Assembly: GCA_030824575.1 (NCBI GenBank)
Contig: JAVBXL010000015.1
Coordinates: forward strand, 4,034 to 68,033
DNA: 64,000 nucleotides
From: a bacterium
Lineage (GTDB): Bacteria > Pseudomonadota > Alphaproteobacteria > Sphingomonadales > Sphingomonadaceae
Reading direction: 5' to 3'
A model generated the notes under the pieces. That model was given only the letters and a program-made list of their open reading frames with translations. It made no database searches and was not told the DNA's origin. Positions within the stretch are counted from its first letter, which is position 1, and each line of letters opens with the position of its first letter. The position numbers and the translations under genes were made by a program. Below are positions 28,978 through 38,090 of the stretch, in pieces.

Positions 28978-29990
28978 ACCAGCCCGCCAATCATCCCGCC
29001 ATCCCCACGCCCAAAGTGGGCGTCCTCCTCATCAATCTGGGTACGCCAGACGCGCCCGATCCAAAATCGGTGCGCCGTTATCTGGCGGAATTTCTGTCCG
29101 ACCGGCGCGTGGTGGAAATCCCGCAATTGCTCTGGCAGCCGATCCTGCGCGGGGTGATCCTGACCACCCGTCCGAAGAAATCCGCCCATGCCTATCAGCA
29201 GGTATGGACGGCGGAGGGGTCGCCGCTCGCGGTCCATACCCGCGCTGCGGCTCACGCCCTGCAACAGGCGATGGGGGAAGGGGTGGTCGTCGAATGGGCG
29301 ATGCGCTACGGCAATCCCTCCATTGCGGAAAAGCTGGTGGCGATGAAGGCGCGGGGTTGCGAGCGTATCCTGCTCGCGCCGCTCTATCCGCAATATAGCG
29401 CCGCCACCACCGCAACCGCCAATGACGCCGCCTTCGCCGCGCTGGCTGCAATGCGCTGGCAGCCCGCGATCCGCACCCTGCCGCCCTATCATGACGATCC
29501 GGCCTATATCGCCGCACTCAAGGCGTCGATCGACCGGCATGTTGCGGCGCTAGACTTCGTGCCCGACGCGCTGCTGGCCAGTTTCCACGGCATGCCCGAA
29601 CGCACGCTGCATCTGGGCGATCCCTATCATTGCCAGTCGGTCAAGACCGTCCGTCTGCTGCGTGAAGCGCTGTCTCTTAAAAACCCCCCGCTACCTGTCC
29701 ATATGAGCTTCCAGTCGCGGTTCGGCCGCGCCAAATGGCTCGAACCGGAAACCGAAGCGACGCTCGCCAAATTGGTGAAAGAAGGTGTCCGCAATATTGC
29801 TGTAGTCACGCCAGGATTCTCGGCGGATTGCCTTGAAACCCTAGAGGAAATCGCCCTGCGTGCGAAAGATGTTTTTTTGGCCCAAGGTGGCGAGAAATTT
29901 GCCCTTTTGCCCTGTCTAAACGCATCGACGGAAGCTATCACTTTGTACCAGAGGCTTGTGAGCCGCGAACTTTCGGGTTGGATCAACTGA
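28974..29990 (+). CDS. hemH: Ferrochelatase
   Basis: LINLGTP, YLAEFLSDRRV, MRYGNP, PLYPQYS, SFHG, FQSRFG..WLEP, DCLETLEE. Confidence 0.97.
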   Translation: MNQPANHPAIPTPKVGVLLINLGTPDAPDPKSVRRYLAEFLSDRRVVEIPQLLWQPILRGVILTTRPKKSAHAYQQVWTAEGSPLAVHTRAAAHALQQAMGEGVVVEWAMRYGNPSIAEKLVAMKARGCERILLAPLYPQYSAATTATANDAAFAALAAMRWQPAIRTLPPYHDDPAYIAALKASIDRHVAALDFVPDALLASFHGMPERTLHLGDPYHCQSVKTVRLLREALSLKNPPLPVHMSFQSRFGRAKWLEPETEATLAKLVKEGVRNIAVVTPGFSADCLETLEEIALRAKDVFLAQGGEKFALLPCLNASTEAITLYQRLVSRELSGWIN

Positions 29991-30015
29991 CCCGTTGCAG
30001 GAAGAGGATACGCAT

Positions 30016-30738
30016 ATGTCGAGAGTAGCGATCGTGACCGGCGGAACGCGAGGCATAGGCGAGGCGATCAGTCTGGCATTGCAGGAAATGGGCTATACCG
30101 TCGCCGCCAACTATGGTGGCAATGAGGAGAAGGCGAAGGCCTTCACCGACAAGACCGGCATCGCGACCTTCAAATGGGACGTCGGCGATCACCAGGCCTG
30201 CCTCGACGGTTGCGCTGCGGTGGCGCAGGCGCTGGGCCCGATCGACATCGTCGTCAACAATGCTGGCATCACCCGCGACGGCGTGCTCGCCAAGATGAGC
30301 TTCGACGATTGGAACGAGGTGATGCGCATTAACCTTGGCGGTTGCTTCAACATGTCCAAGGCGACTTTTGGCGGGATGCGGGAACGCGGCTGGGGCCGCA
30401 TCGTCAACATCGGTTCGATCAATGGCCAGGCCGGGCAATATGGCCAGGTCAATTATGCCGCCGCCAAGTCCGGCATCCATGGTTTCACCAAGGCGCTGGC
30501 GCAGGAGGGCGCAAAGTCCGGCATCACCGTCAACGCGATCGCGCCCGGCTATATCGACACCGACATGGTCGCCGCGGTCCCCGCCGCGGTGCTGGAGAAG
30601 ATCGTTGCCAAGATTCCGGTCGGCCGTCTGGGCCAGGCCAGTGAAATCGCGCGCGGCGTCGCCTTTTTCTGCAGCGAGGAAGGGGGCTTTGTGACTGGCA
30701 GCACCTTGTCGATCAACGGCGGCCAGCACATGTATTGA
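30016..30738 (+). CDS. phbB: Acetoacetyl-CoA reductase
   Basis: SDR motifs TGGTRGIG, NNAGITRD, SINGQAGQYGQVNYAAAK, C-terminal NGGQHMY. Confidence 0.93.
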   Translation: MSRVAIVTGGTRGIGEAISLALQEMGYTVAANYGGNEEKAKAFTDKTGIATFKWDVGDHQACLDGCAAVAQALGPIDIVVNNAGITRDGVLAKMSFDDWNEVMRINLGGCFNMSKATFGGMRERGWGRIVNIGSINGQAGQYGQVNYAAAKSGIHGFTKALAQEGAKSGITVNAIAPGYIDTDMVAAVPAAVLEKIVAKIPVGRLGQASEIARGVAFFCSEEGGFVTGSTLSINGGQHMY

Positions 30739-31034
30739 TGACGATGGGCGACCCTGACGATGGCTCGAACAAGCCGGAAGGGTCGCCCTTCGCTCCGCCG
30801 GTCAAGCGGAGCGTGACAATTGCCGGCCATCAGACGGCGATCAGCCTGGAACCGATCTTTTGGGACGCCTTGCGCGCCCACGCCTTGCAGCAAAATCTTC
30901 CGATCAACGCGCTGGTCGCGCGCATCGACGCGGCGCGACTGGCCGTGTCGCATCCGCCCAATCTGGCCAGCGCTATCCGGTCCTGGCTGTTCGCCGAGCA
31001 ATCTTGCGACAGTGATAAGAATTATTCGCAATAG
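30738..31034 (+). CDS. Ribbon-helix-helix domain protein (RHH_4 type)
   Basis: KRSVTIAGHQTAISLEPIFW...NLASAIR signature. Confidence 0.85.
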   Translation: MTMGDPDDGSNKPEGSPFAPPVKRSVTIAGHQTAISLEPIFWDALRAHALQQNLPINALVARIDAARLAVSHPPNLASAIRSWLFAEQSCDSDKNYSQ

Positions 31035-31058
31035 CGTTGACTCTGAGAAGGACTCTCA
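31014..31058. promoter_or_regulatory. Two Fur-type boxes over the promoter of the Fiu-like receptor
   Basis: GATAAGAATTATTCGCAAT (31014-31032) and TGAGA-aggac-TCTCA (31044-31058). The second sits in the spacer of TTGACT(31037)-17 bp-TAGCAG. Confidence 0.7.
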
Positions 31059-31096
31059 ATAGCAGGCCCCCAACGACTAAAAGGGGATCTGTGAAC

Positions 31097-33505
31097 ATGT
31101 CGAAGTCTGGAAATATTCCATCCTTTCTGGCGCTGGGCTGCGTCGGTGCCATGGCTTTTGCAACGGGCGCCGGTGCGCAAGACGCTGAACGCGGCCCGCG
31201 CCTGGGCGGCATGACCGTCACCGATACGGCGATCGACGAATCGACGATCAAGGTGGAAAAGGCGGAATCGCCCAAATATACCCGCCGCCTGCTCGACACG
31301 CCGCAGACGATCACAGTGGTTGGCAACCAGACCATTTCCAAACAGAATCTGCTGACCTTGCGCGACGTGCTGGCGACCGTACCGGGCATCACCTTTGGCG
31401 CGGGCGAAGGCGGCGGCGGCTATGGCGACAGCATCAACCTGCGTGGCCAGAGCGCGAACACCGACATCACCATCGACGGCGTGCGCGACAGCGCCCAATA
31501 TAGCCGCACCGACCCGTTCAACCTGGAGCAGATCGAGGTCATCAACGGCGCGAATTCCGTATTCAGCGGATCGGGATCGATCGGCGGCACCATCAACTTG
31601 GTGACCAAGCGCCCCAAGGGCTATGACGAGACACTGTTGACCGCGGGCATCGGCACCGACGATTATTATCGCGCGACCATCGACAGCAACGTCAAGCTGT
31701 CGGACTTCGTGGCCGTGCGCCTCAACGCCATGTACCATGAAAATGACGTGCCGGCGCGCGACGTCGACCATTATAAGCGTTGGGGCGTGGCGCCTTCGAT
31801 CAAGTTCGGCGGCGACGGCCCGACCACCATGACGCTGCTCTTCTCCCATCAGGAAGACGAGAATACGCCGCTCTATGGCGTGCCCTATTATAAAAACGCG
31901 GTCTATGACGGCCCGCTGCCGGGTGTCCCCTATAGCGGCTATTATGGTTACAAGAATGTCGATCGTCAGGACCAGACGGTCGATCTGGCGACGATGATCT
32001 TCGAACATCAGTTCAGCGACCTGCTGACCATCCGCGACCTTGCTCGCTGGCAGCGGGTCGAACAGAATCTGGTGGTCAATCCGCCGCAGGGCGGCACCTA
32101 CTGCCTGGCCGATGGCACGACCCAGACGGGCGTCGCTTGCGCGGCTGGTCAGTTGGCCAACACCTATTATCCCGGTGGCCCGCGCGGCACCTATCGCTTC
32201 TCGGAAAACCAGTCGCTCTATAACCAGCTCGACCTGACCTTCTCCATCCCCGGCGGCCACAAGCTGGTGCTCGGCACGTCGGCGCTGCATGAGGATTACA
32301 CGCTGAGCAGCGGCAACATCTTCCGCAATGCGGGCGGCGCGACGCCCAACCCGACGCTGGACCCGATCAGCATCTCCAACCCCAATGCCATCTATACCGG
32401 TCCGATCAACCAGACCCAGACCGCCTATCAGGATAGCGTGCTGAACAATGTCGCGGCCTATGCCTTTGCCGCGGTCAAGCTGGCCGAGCAACTCGAACTG
32501 AATGGCGGCGTGCGGTACGAACATAACAAGGCGGTGTTCCGCGCCGACACGATCACGCCGTCCGCGCTGCCGATCCCGGCCGGTCAGACGAGCCGTTACC
32601 TGACCGGCGTAAACCAGGTCGCGGTCGACGATCTCTTCTCCTACCGCATCGGCCTCGTCTACAAGCCGGTGCCAAATGCCAGCCTGTACCTAGCCTATGG
32701 CAACAGCAAGAACCCGACGGCGACCAGCGTCCGGTCGGGTTGTGGCCTGGCGGCCGCAGCCAATTTCGGCGTCGATCCGTGCGAAGCGAAGCCGGAGCAA
32801 GCCGTGAATTACGAAATCGGCGGCAAGATCGATCTGTTCGACGCGAAGCTGCAACTGAGCGCGGCGCTGTTCCGCAACGAGCGGACCAACTATCGCGTCG
32901 CCAGCAACGATCCGCTGATCGGCACGCTGCCGGTCAATGATGGCAAAAACCGGGTCGATGGCCTTACGCTCGGCGCGACCGGCAACATCACCGATGCCTG
33001 GTCGATCTTCGCCAACTACACCTATCTGGACAGCAAGGTGATCCAGAGCGTGTCCGACGCCTGTATCGCCAACCCCGGTCCACGCACCGTCAATGGCGTG
33101 ACGACCAACGCCTGCGGCAATAATGCGGCCATCCTCGACCCGCAGGCCGGGCAGGAATTGACCAATACGCCCAAACATTCGGGCAGCATCTGGACCACCT
33201 ACACCCTGCCCTTCGGCTTGCAGGTCGGTTACGGCCTGACCTATCAGGGCAGCTTCCTGCTGACCAACCGGGCGCTGGTGACCCCGCTGGTGGCGGGCAG
33301 CACCGCGATCGTCCCGACCTATCGGTCCGATTCCTATCTGATCCATCGGGCGATGCTGTCCTATTCCTTCACGGAAAGTCTGACCGCGCAGCTCAATGTG
33401 CAGAACTTCACCAACAAGAAATATTATACCAGCATCCGCAACAATGGCTGGGCCAATCCCGGCGAAGGCCGGTCCTGGGTGCTGAGCCTGAACTACAAAA
33501 TCTGA
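31097..33505 (+). CDS. TonB-dependent siderophore receptor (Fiu/PiuA-like)
   Basis: SPKYT..LLDTPQTITV, PGITFGAGEGG, DGVRD, FNLEQIEV. Followed by tonB and piuC. Confidence 0.9.
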   Translation: MSKSGNIPSFLALGCVGAMAFATGAGAQDAERGPRLGGMTVTDTAIDESTIKVEKAESPKYTRRLLDTPQTITVVGNQTISKQNLLTLRDVLATVPGITFGAGEGGGGYGDSINLRGQSANTDITIDGVRDSAQYSRTDPFNLEQIEVINGANSVFSGSGSIGGTINLVTKRPKGYDETLLTAGIGTDDYYRATIDSNVKLSDFVAVRLNAMYHENDVPARDVDHYKRWGVAPSIKFGGDGPTTMTLLFSHQEDENTPLYGVPYYKNAVYDGPLPGVPYSGYYGYKNVDRQDQTVDLATMIFEHQFSDLLTIRDLARWQRVEQNLVVNPPQGGTYCLADGTTQTGVACAAGQLANTYYPGGPRGTYRFSENQSLYNQLDLTFSIPGGHKLVLGTSALHEDYTLSSGNIFRNAGGATPNPTLDPISISNPNAIYTGPINQTQTAYQDSVLNNVAAYAFAAVKLAEQLELNGGVRYEHNKAVFRADTITPSALPIPAGQTSRYLTGVNQVAVDDLFSYRIGLVYKPVPNASLYLAYGNSKNPTATSVRSGCGLAAAANFGVDPCEAKPEQAVNYEIGGKIDLFDAKLQLSAALFRNERTNYRVASNDPLIGTLPVNDGKNRVDGLTLGATGNITDAWSIFANYTYLDSKVIQSVSDACIANPGPRTVNGVTTNACGNNAAILDPQAGQELTNTPKHSGSIWTTYTLPFGLQVGYGLTYQGSFLLTNRALVTPLVAGSTAIVPTYRSDSYLIHRAMLSYSFTESLTAQLNVQNFTNKKYYTSIRNNGWANPGEGRSWVLSLNYKI

Positions 33506-33513
33506 TGGGTCCA

Positions 33514-33542
33514 CCACCCCCGGTCCCAGCGGCCGGGGGTGG
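33514..33542 (+). other. GC-rich hairpin after the receptor gene (no T-tract)
   Basis: CCACCCCCGG / CCGGGGGTGG. Confidence 0.5.
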
Positions 33543-33630
33543 GATGGGGGGCGGCACAGGCCCGGCATATGGCCGGACCGCCCTGGTTCGCCACCTGTCC
33601 GCATCCGGTTCCTTGCCGCGCCGCAAACAT

Positions 33631-33645
33631 CGCAATTGATTCGCA
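33631..33645. promoter_or_regulatory. Fur-type box upstream of tonB
   Basis: CGCAA-ttgat-TCGCA, same 5-N5-5 pattern as the other iron boxes in the window. Confidence 0.55.
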
Positions 33646-33699
33646 TTAGGCTTCGCGCTATCGGAACCGACACAGGCTCACGCAAAGGGAGGCACTGGC

Positions 33700-34479
33700 A
33701 TGTTGCAGGCGGCAAGCCAGCCGATTGAGGATTATGACGGTGCGCTGGAGCAGGTCGTTGCCCCCATGCCCGTTGCTGCCTTGTCTCCGTCCTCCTCTGT
33801 GGCGTCGTCCGCCGGACGCTATGGTGCCCGGTCCCGTCCGAACATTCCGGCCATCGTCGCCATTCTGGTCGTCCATGCACTGCTGATCGGCGCGCTGATC
33901 CAGGTGCGCAACCATGTGCAGCGGACGGAGGCGGCCAAGCTGACGGTGGTGAACCTGTCGCCGCCGCCCCCACCGCCGCCCGCAGCGGAAACCCCACCGC
34001 CGCCGGCTTCCGCGCCGCAGGTGGTCGCGCCGCCGCCGATCGTGCAGACGCCAGTGCCGCCGGTGCAGATCCAGACATCGCCCGAACCCGTGCAGGCGGC
34101 CGCGCCGGTCACCGTCATCGCGCCGGGGCCAAGCCCATCGGTCGCCGCGCCGCCGGCACCGCCCAGCCCAGCGCCCCCCAGCATGGTGCAGGGCGGCGAC
34201 CTGGGCACCCAGATGGTCGCGGGCAAGCCGCCCCGCTATCCGGTCGACAGCCGCCGCAAGCGCGAGCAGGGAACGGTGGTGCTGGCGATCACCTTGGCCC
34301 TGGATGGCGGGGTGGAGAGCATTGCCGTCAGCCAGAGCAGTGGCTTTGCCCGGCTCGACAATGCCGCCAGGGATGCAGTCAAGGGCTGGCGCTGGAAGCC
34401 GACGATCCGTGGCGGACAGCCGGTGCGGGTGCGGGGCGTGGTGGAAATCCCGTTTATCCTGCGCGCCGATGCCGCCTGA
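33700..34479 (+). CDS. tonB: Energy transducer TonB
   Basis: Single TM segment, Pro-rich linker, C-terminal domain PRYP...EQGTV...SSGFARLD.AA..AV..WRWKP. Confidence 0.92.
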   Translation: MLQAASQPIEDYDGALEQVVAPMPVAALSPSSSVASSAGRYGARSRPNIPAIVAILVVHALLIGALIQVRNHVQRTEAAKLTVVNLSPPPPPPPAAETPPPPASAPQVVAPPPIVQTPVPPVQIQTSPEPVQAAAPVTVIAPGPSPSVAAPPAPPSPAPPSMVQGGDLGTQMVAGKPPRYPVDSRRKREQGTVVLAITLALDGGVESIAVSQSSGFARLDNAARDAVKGWRWKPTIRGGQPVRVRGVVEIPFILRADAA

Positions 34480-34494
34480 CGGACGGACTGTTTC

Positions 34495-35178
34495 ATGCTG
34501 ATTGCCATACCCGACCTGATCGACGCGGCTGGCGTCGCCGCCATTCGTAGCGTGATCGACGCCGCCGACTGGGTGGATGGCAACATCACATCCGGCCATC
34601 AATCCGCGCTGGCCAAGCGCAATCTGCAATTGCCCGAAGATTGCGCCGCCGCGCAGGAAGCGCAGCAGATCGTCTTCGATGCCGTCGGCCAGAACCCGCT
34701 GTTTATCGCCGCCGCGCTGCCGCAGCGCATCTTCCCGCCCCTGTTCAACAGCTATGCCGGCGGGCAGGCGTTCGGCACCCATGTCGACAATGCGATCCGC
34801 ATCCGCAAGGGTACGACATTCCGGGTGCGGTCCGACCTGTCGATCACCGTGTTTCTCGAAGACCCCGACGCCTATGATGGCGGGGAGCTGACGATCGAAA
34901 CGCAATTCGGGGTGCAGCAGGTCAAGCTGCCCGCTGGTCATGCGGTGCTCTATCCCTCCTCCTCGCTGCATCGGGTCGAGCCGGTGACGCGCGGGCGGCG
35001 GGTGGCCAGCTTCTTCTGGATACAGTCGATGGTGCGGGACGATGGCGCGCGCCAAACCCTGTTCGATCTGGACAGCAGCATACAGCAGCTTGCGCAAACG
35101 CTGGGCCACGACAATGCGCAGGTGATCCGCCTGACCGGCGTCTATCATAATTTGCTGCGGCGCTGGGCCGACGCCTGA
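34495..35178 (+). CDS. piuC: Fe(II)/2-oxoglutarate-dependent PKHD-type hydroxylase (PiuC/YbiX)
   Basis: [48 protein letters not shown]. Confidence 0.92.
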   Translation: MLIAIPDLIDAAGVAAIRSVIDAADWVDGNITSGHQSALAKRNLQLPEDCAAAQEAQQIVFDAVGQNPLFIAAALPQRIFPPLFNSYAGGQAFGTHVDNAIRIRKGTTFRVRSDLSITVFLEDPDAYDGGELTIETQFGVQQVKLPAGHAVLYPSSSLHRVEPVTRGRRVASFFWIQSMVRDDGARQTLFDLDSSIQQLAQTLGHDNAQVIRLTGVYHNLLRRWADA

Positions 35179-35492
35179 CGGGTGGGGCATGGGCGGAGCA
35201 CCTGATCGTGTCTCGCCGAAGTTTACACCGTTGTCGGGCTTTTTCGGGCAATCGTACTGCCCAAGCCCCTGTGACGCCATCGCTGCGTACCGCCGACGCG
35301 ACATCTGGGGCACGACTGGGTCACGCCGATGCGTCTCCTGCGCGGCAGGGACGCGCCATGCGGGCGGCTGGCGATGCGCGCGACGTGGGGGAAGGCGGTG
35401 CTGCTCCATCGATCAGGATAGACCAGAGAAAATCCTACATTGGAGAGAGTTGGGGGGATGGCTTGGCAACGACCGGTTGCAGATCCCCAACA

Positions 35493-35586
35493 TCCGTTCG
35501 GGCTGAGCCTGTCGAAGCCCTGCTCCTTCTTCAAACCCTCGCATTTTAAGGAAGAGAAGCCCTTCGACAGGCTCAGGGCGAACGGA
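35493..35586. repeat. REP/REPIN-like inverted repeat
   Basis: TCCGTTCGGGCTGAGCCTGTCGAAG ... CTTCGACAGGCTCAGGGCGAACGGA, arms of about 25 bp around an AT-rich spacer, between convergent genes. Confidence 0.8.
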
Positions 35587-35653
35587 CGTTAGAAATTGAA
35601 GAATGGCAGCAATCCACCGCAATTCACCATTTTCGGTTACTGGATTAGCGCCG

Positions 35654-36631
35654 TCACTCCAGCATCGCTGCCAGCGCGGGGGTCATATATTCCTGCACGC
35701 CGTCGTCCGTGCGCAGTACGAGGCGGGCGGCGAGATCGTGGCGGGTGGCCAGCGCCATGCCTTTGTCCGGCCCCAGGACGGTGATCGCGGTGGCCCAGGC
35801 GTCGGCCAGCATGGCGCTGTCGTGCAGGACGGTGACGGACGCGACACCGGCGGCGATCGGCGCGCCGGTCGCGGGGTCGATGCTGTGGGACAGGCGCGCG
35901 CCATCTGCGATGCGGAAGCGGCGATAGTCGCCGGAGGTGGCGACGGACAAGCCGCACAGCGCGATGCGGAGCGTGGGAATGGTGAGGTCTGGCGGGGATT
36001 CGACATCGACCCACCAAGGCTGGATGTCGGGCTTGATGCCCTCGCCGCGCAGCTCGCCACCGATTTCGATCAGGAAATTGGCGACGCCCATGGCGCGCAA
36101 TTGCGCGGCGGCGGCATCGACGGCGAACCCCTTGGCGATGCCGGAAAAATCGAGCGCGACGTCGGCGCGGCGCCGCGCGCGATCCCCTTCTACCTCTATG
36201 CGGGTCCAGGGGGCGGTGACGGATGTGGTGGCCGGTCCGATGCCGGGGCCGAAGCCCCATTGGTCGACCAGTTGGCCGATGGCGGGATCGAAAGCGCCGC
36301 CCGAAAGCCGCGCCATGTCCAGTCCCGCGCGCAGCACTGTCAGCATGTCGGCGGGCAGCGGCATCCATGCGCCTATGGCGGCGCGGTTGAAGCGGCTGAT
36401 CGCGGAGCCTGCTTCCCAATTGCTCATCTGGTCGATGATGCGGGCCAGTACCGCTTCGATGGCGCTTTCACAGCGGGCGGGCGGATCGACGATCTGCGCC
36501 GACCAACTGGTCCCCATGGTGGGGCCGCCATAAGTGACGATAGCGCCCCTGCGCTGTCGCCCGACAAATTGGTCGGGCGACAGGCCGGGCGCTATCGCAA
36601 TTCGGATGCCGTAGGGATGGGCCGGGTTCAG
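35654..36631 (-). CDS. apbE: FAD:protein FMN transferase (ApbE), probable CTG start overlapping the upstream stop
   Basis: TMGT, S.ISRFN, GAFDPAIG, DFSGIAKGFAVD, EIGGE, ATSGDYR, SHSIDPATG, ADAWATA. The frame is open upstream of ATG 36517 to CTG 36631; start position uncertain. Confidence 0.88.
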   Translation of the reverse strand: MNPAHPYGIRIAIAPGLSPDQFVGRQRRGAIVTYGGPTMGTSWSAQIVDPPARCESAIEAVLARIIDQMSNWEAGSAISRFNRAAIGAWMPLPADMLTVLRAGLDMARLSGGAFDPAIGQLVDQWGFGPGIGPATTSVTAPWTRIEVEGDRARRRADVALDFSGIAKGFAVDAAAAQLRAMGVANFLIEIGGELRGEGIKPDIQPWWVDVESPPDLTIPTLRIALCGLSVATSGDYRRFRIADGARLSHSIDPATGAPIAAGVASVTVLHDSAMLADAWATAITVLGPDKGMALATRHDLAARLVLRTDDGVQEYMTPALAAMLE

Positions 36632-37524
36632 GGGGCCAGCACTTCCAGCGTGGTGATATAGGCGGCACGGCGCTGCGGCGGGCCGGCCTGCGGACGGGGG
36701 GGCGGAGCGCCCGCGCCTGGCTTAGCGCCGGGACCACCCGCGCCACCTTCGCCGCCCGGACCACCGGGGCCGCCTTCACGACCGCCGCCGATGCTGGCGT
36801 TCAACCAATACATGCCCGGCTGGGGCCAGGTGATGGCGACCTTGCCATCCTGGTCGGCGACAAGGTCCATCTGACCCAGCGCGTCGCGGTAACGGATGCC
36901 GCCGGGGATGACCGTGACTTTCAGGCCAGCGGCGGGCTTGCCGTCGAGCAGGAACTGGAAGGTCGCCGCTTCGCCCGACACCAGATCGTTGGGGTGGGTG
37001 ACAGGGACAAGCTCAATGCCATTGCCGGTGGGTTTGAAGAGGTTCGCGGTCGGCGCGCCCAGCGTGACGAAAATCTCGTTGCGGTTGGACGCCTCTGCGG
37101 TTTGCACATCGGTCGCGCCGGCGGGGATGACGCTGGCCAGCTTATCCTTGGTCGTGCCGCGCGGCAGTCGTTCCTGCTTGCCGTTCAGCATATAGCTGCC
37201 CATCACGCCGGTCGAAACGCTGGCGATGCGATAGGTGCCGGGCTTGGTCAGATGCACGTCGAAGGTGGAGCGATAGCGCCCCTTGGCGGCGTTCTCGATC
37301 TTGCCCACAGCGCCGTCCGGTTCGGTCACGACGATATTGTCGGTGCCCATCGGGAAATGTTCGAAATAGAAGACATCGTTGGAAATGGCGGCGTCCACCG
37401 TGACCCAGCTTTCGGTGCCCGACAGGGTGGTGGAGGAGGGCAGCATCCATTGGCGGTGGGCCTGGGCCGTGCCGGAGAACATCAGGGCGGCAAGCGCGCC
37501 CGCGATCAGAAATTTGCTTTTCAT
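36628..37524 (-). CDS. DUF4198-family periplasmic protein
   Basis: Signal peptide ending AQA-H, HRQWMLPS, WVTVDAA.SND.FYFEH, GIELVPVTHPNDL. Confidence 0.85.
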   Translation of the reverse strand: MKSKFLIAGALAALMFSGTAQAHRQWMLPSSTTLSGTESWVTVDAAISNDVFYFEHFPMGTDNIVVTEPDGAVGKIENAAKGRYRSTFDVHLTKPGTYRIASVSTGVMGSYMLNGKQERLPRGTTKDKLASVIPAGATDVQTAEASNRNEIFVTLGAPTANLFKPTGNGIELVPVTHPNDLVSGEAATFQFLLDGKPAAGLKVTVIPGGIRYRDALGQMDLVADQDGKVAITWPQPGMYWLNASIGGGREGGPGGPGGEGGAGGPGAKPGAGAPPPRPQAGPPQRRAAYITTLEVLAP

Positions 37525-37537
37525 GGTTTAATCCCCG

Positions 37538-38077
37538 TTACTTGCCGAAGGTGAGGGCGATCGCGCCCAATTCGCTGCTGCCCTGAACCTTGACGGTGGC
37601 ACCGGGCTTTGGGGGCCAGGCGAAGGGGAGGCGCAGCACTTCGCGCCCGCCCACTTCGCGCGCGGCCTCCACGATCAATGTGTAGTTGCCGGGGCCGAGC
37701 GCGCCCAGCGGGCCTTTGCCGGCAGTGAAGGCGATTTTCTGGTCGCCCGGCGCGCGGGTCGCGCCAGAAACACCGTTGGCCGGGAAGCTGAGCGCACGAC
37801 CCGACGCGCGCCACCATTGGCGCACGTCGCGCAGCCATTTCGTGCCTTCGCCCTTCGCCTTGTCGACATCATACCAGACCGACAGGGTGCGGGGGGTGGC
37901 CCCCTCCTTCTCGATCCAGATGGCGACATAGGGGCGGTGATATTCGGCGACCGACAAGCGCGGAATGGCGACGCTGAGATTGAGCGTCTGCGCGGCGGCG
38001 GGTGCGGCTCCGGCGGCGGTTCCGGCCGCGCCGAGCGCTGCGACGCCGGTCAGAGCCAGACGATGGCTGATCTGCAT
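37538..38077 (-). CDS. DUF2271-family exported protein (candidate flavinylation substrate)
   Basis: IPRLSVAEYHRPYVAIWIE, KWLRDVRQWWR, GVSGATR, VEAAREVGGRE. Confidence 0.88.
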   Translation of the reverse strand: MQISHRLALTGVAALGAAGTAAGAAPAAAQTLNLSVAIPRLSVAEYHRPYVAIWIEKEGATPRTLSVWYDVDKAKGEGTKWLRDVRQWWRASGRALSFPANGVSGATRAPGDQKIAFTAGKGPLGALGPGNYTLIVEAAREVGGREVLRLPFAWPPKPGATVKVQGSSELGAIALTFGK

Positions 38078-38090
38078 GGGTGTGTTCCCT

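Noticed and set aside
33950-34180. CCG-rich repeats as a tandem repeat array
   Set aside because: They encode the normal Pro-rich TonB linker.
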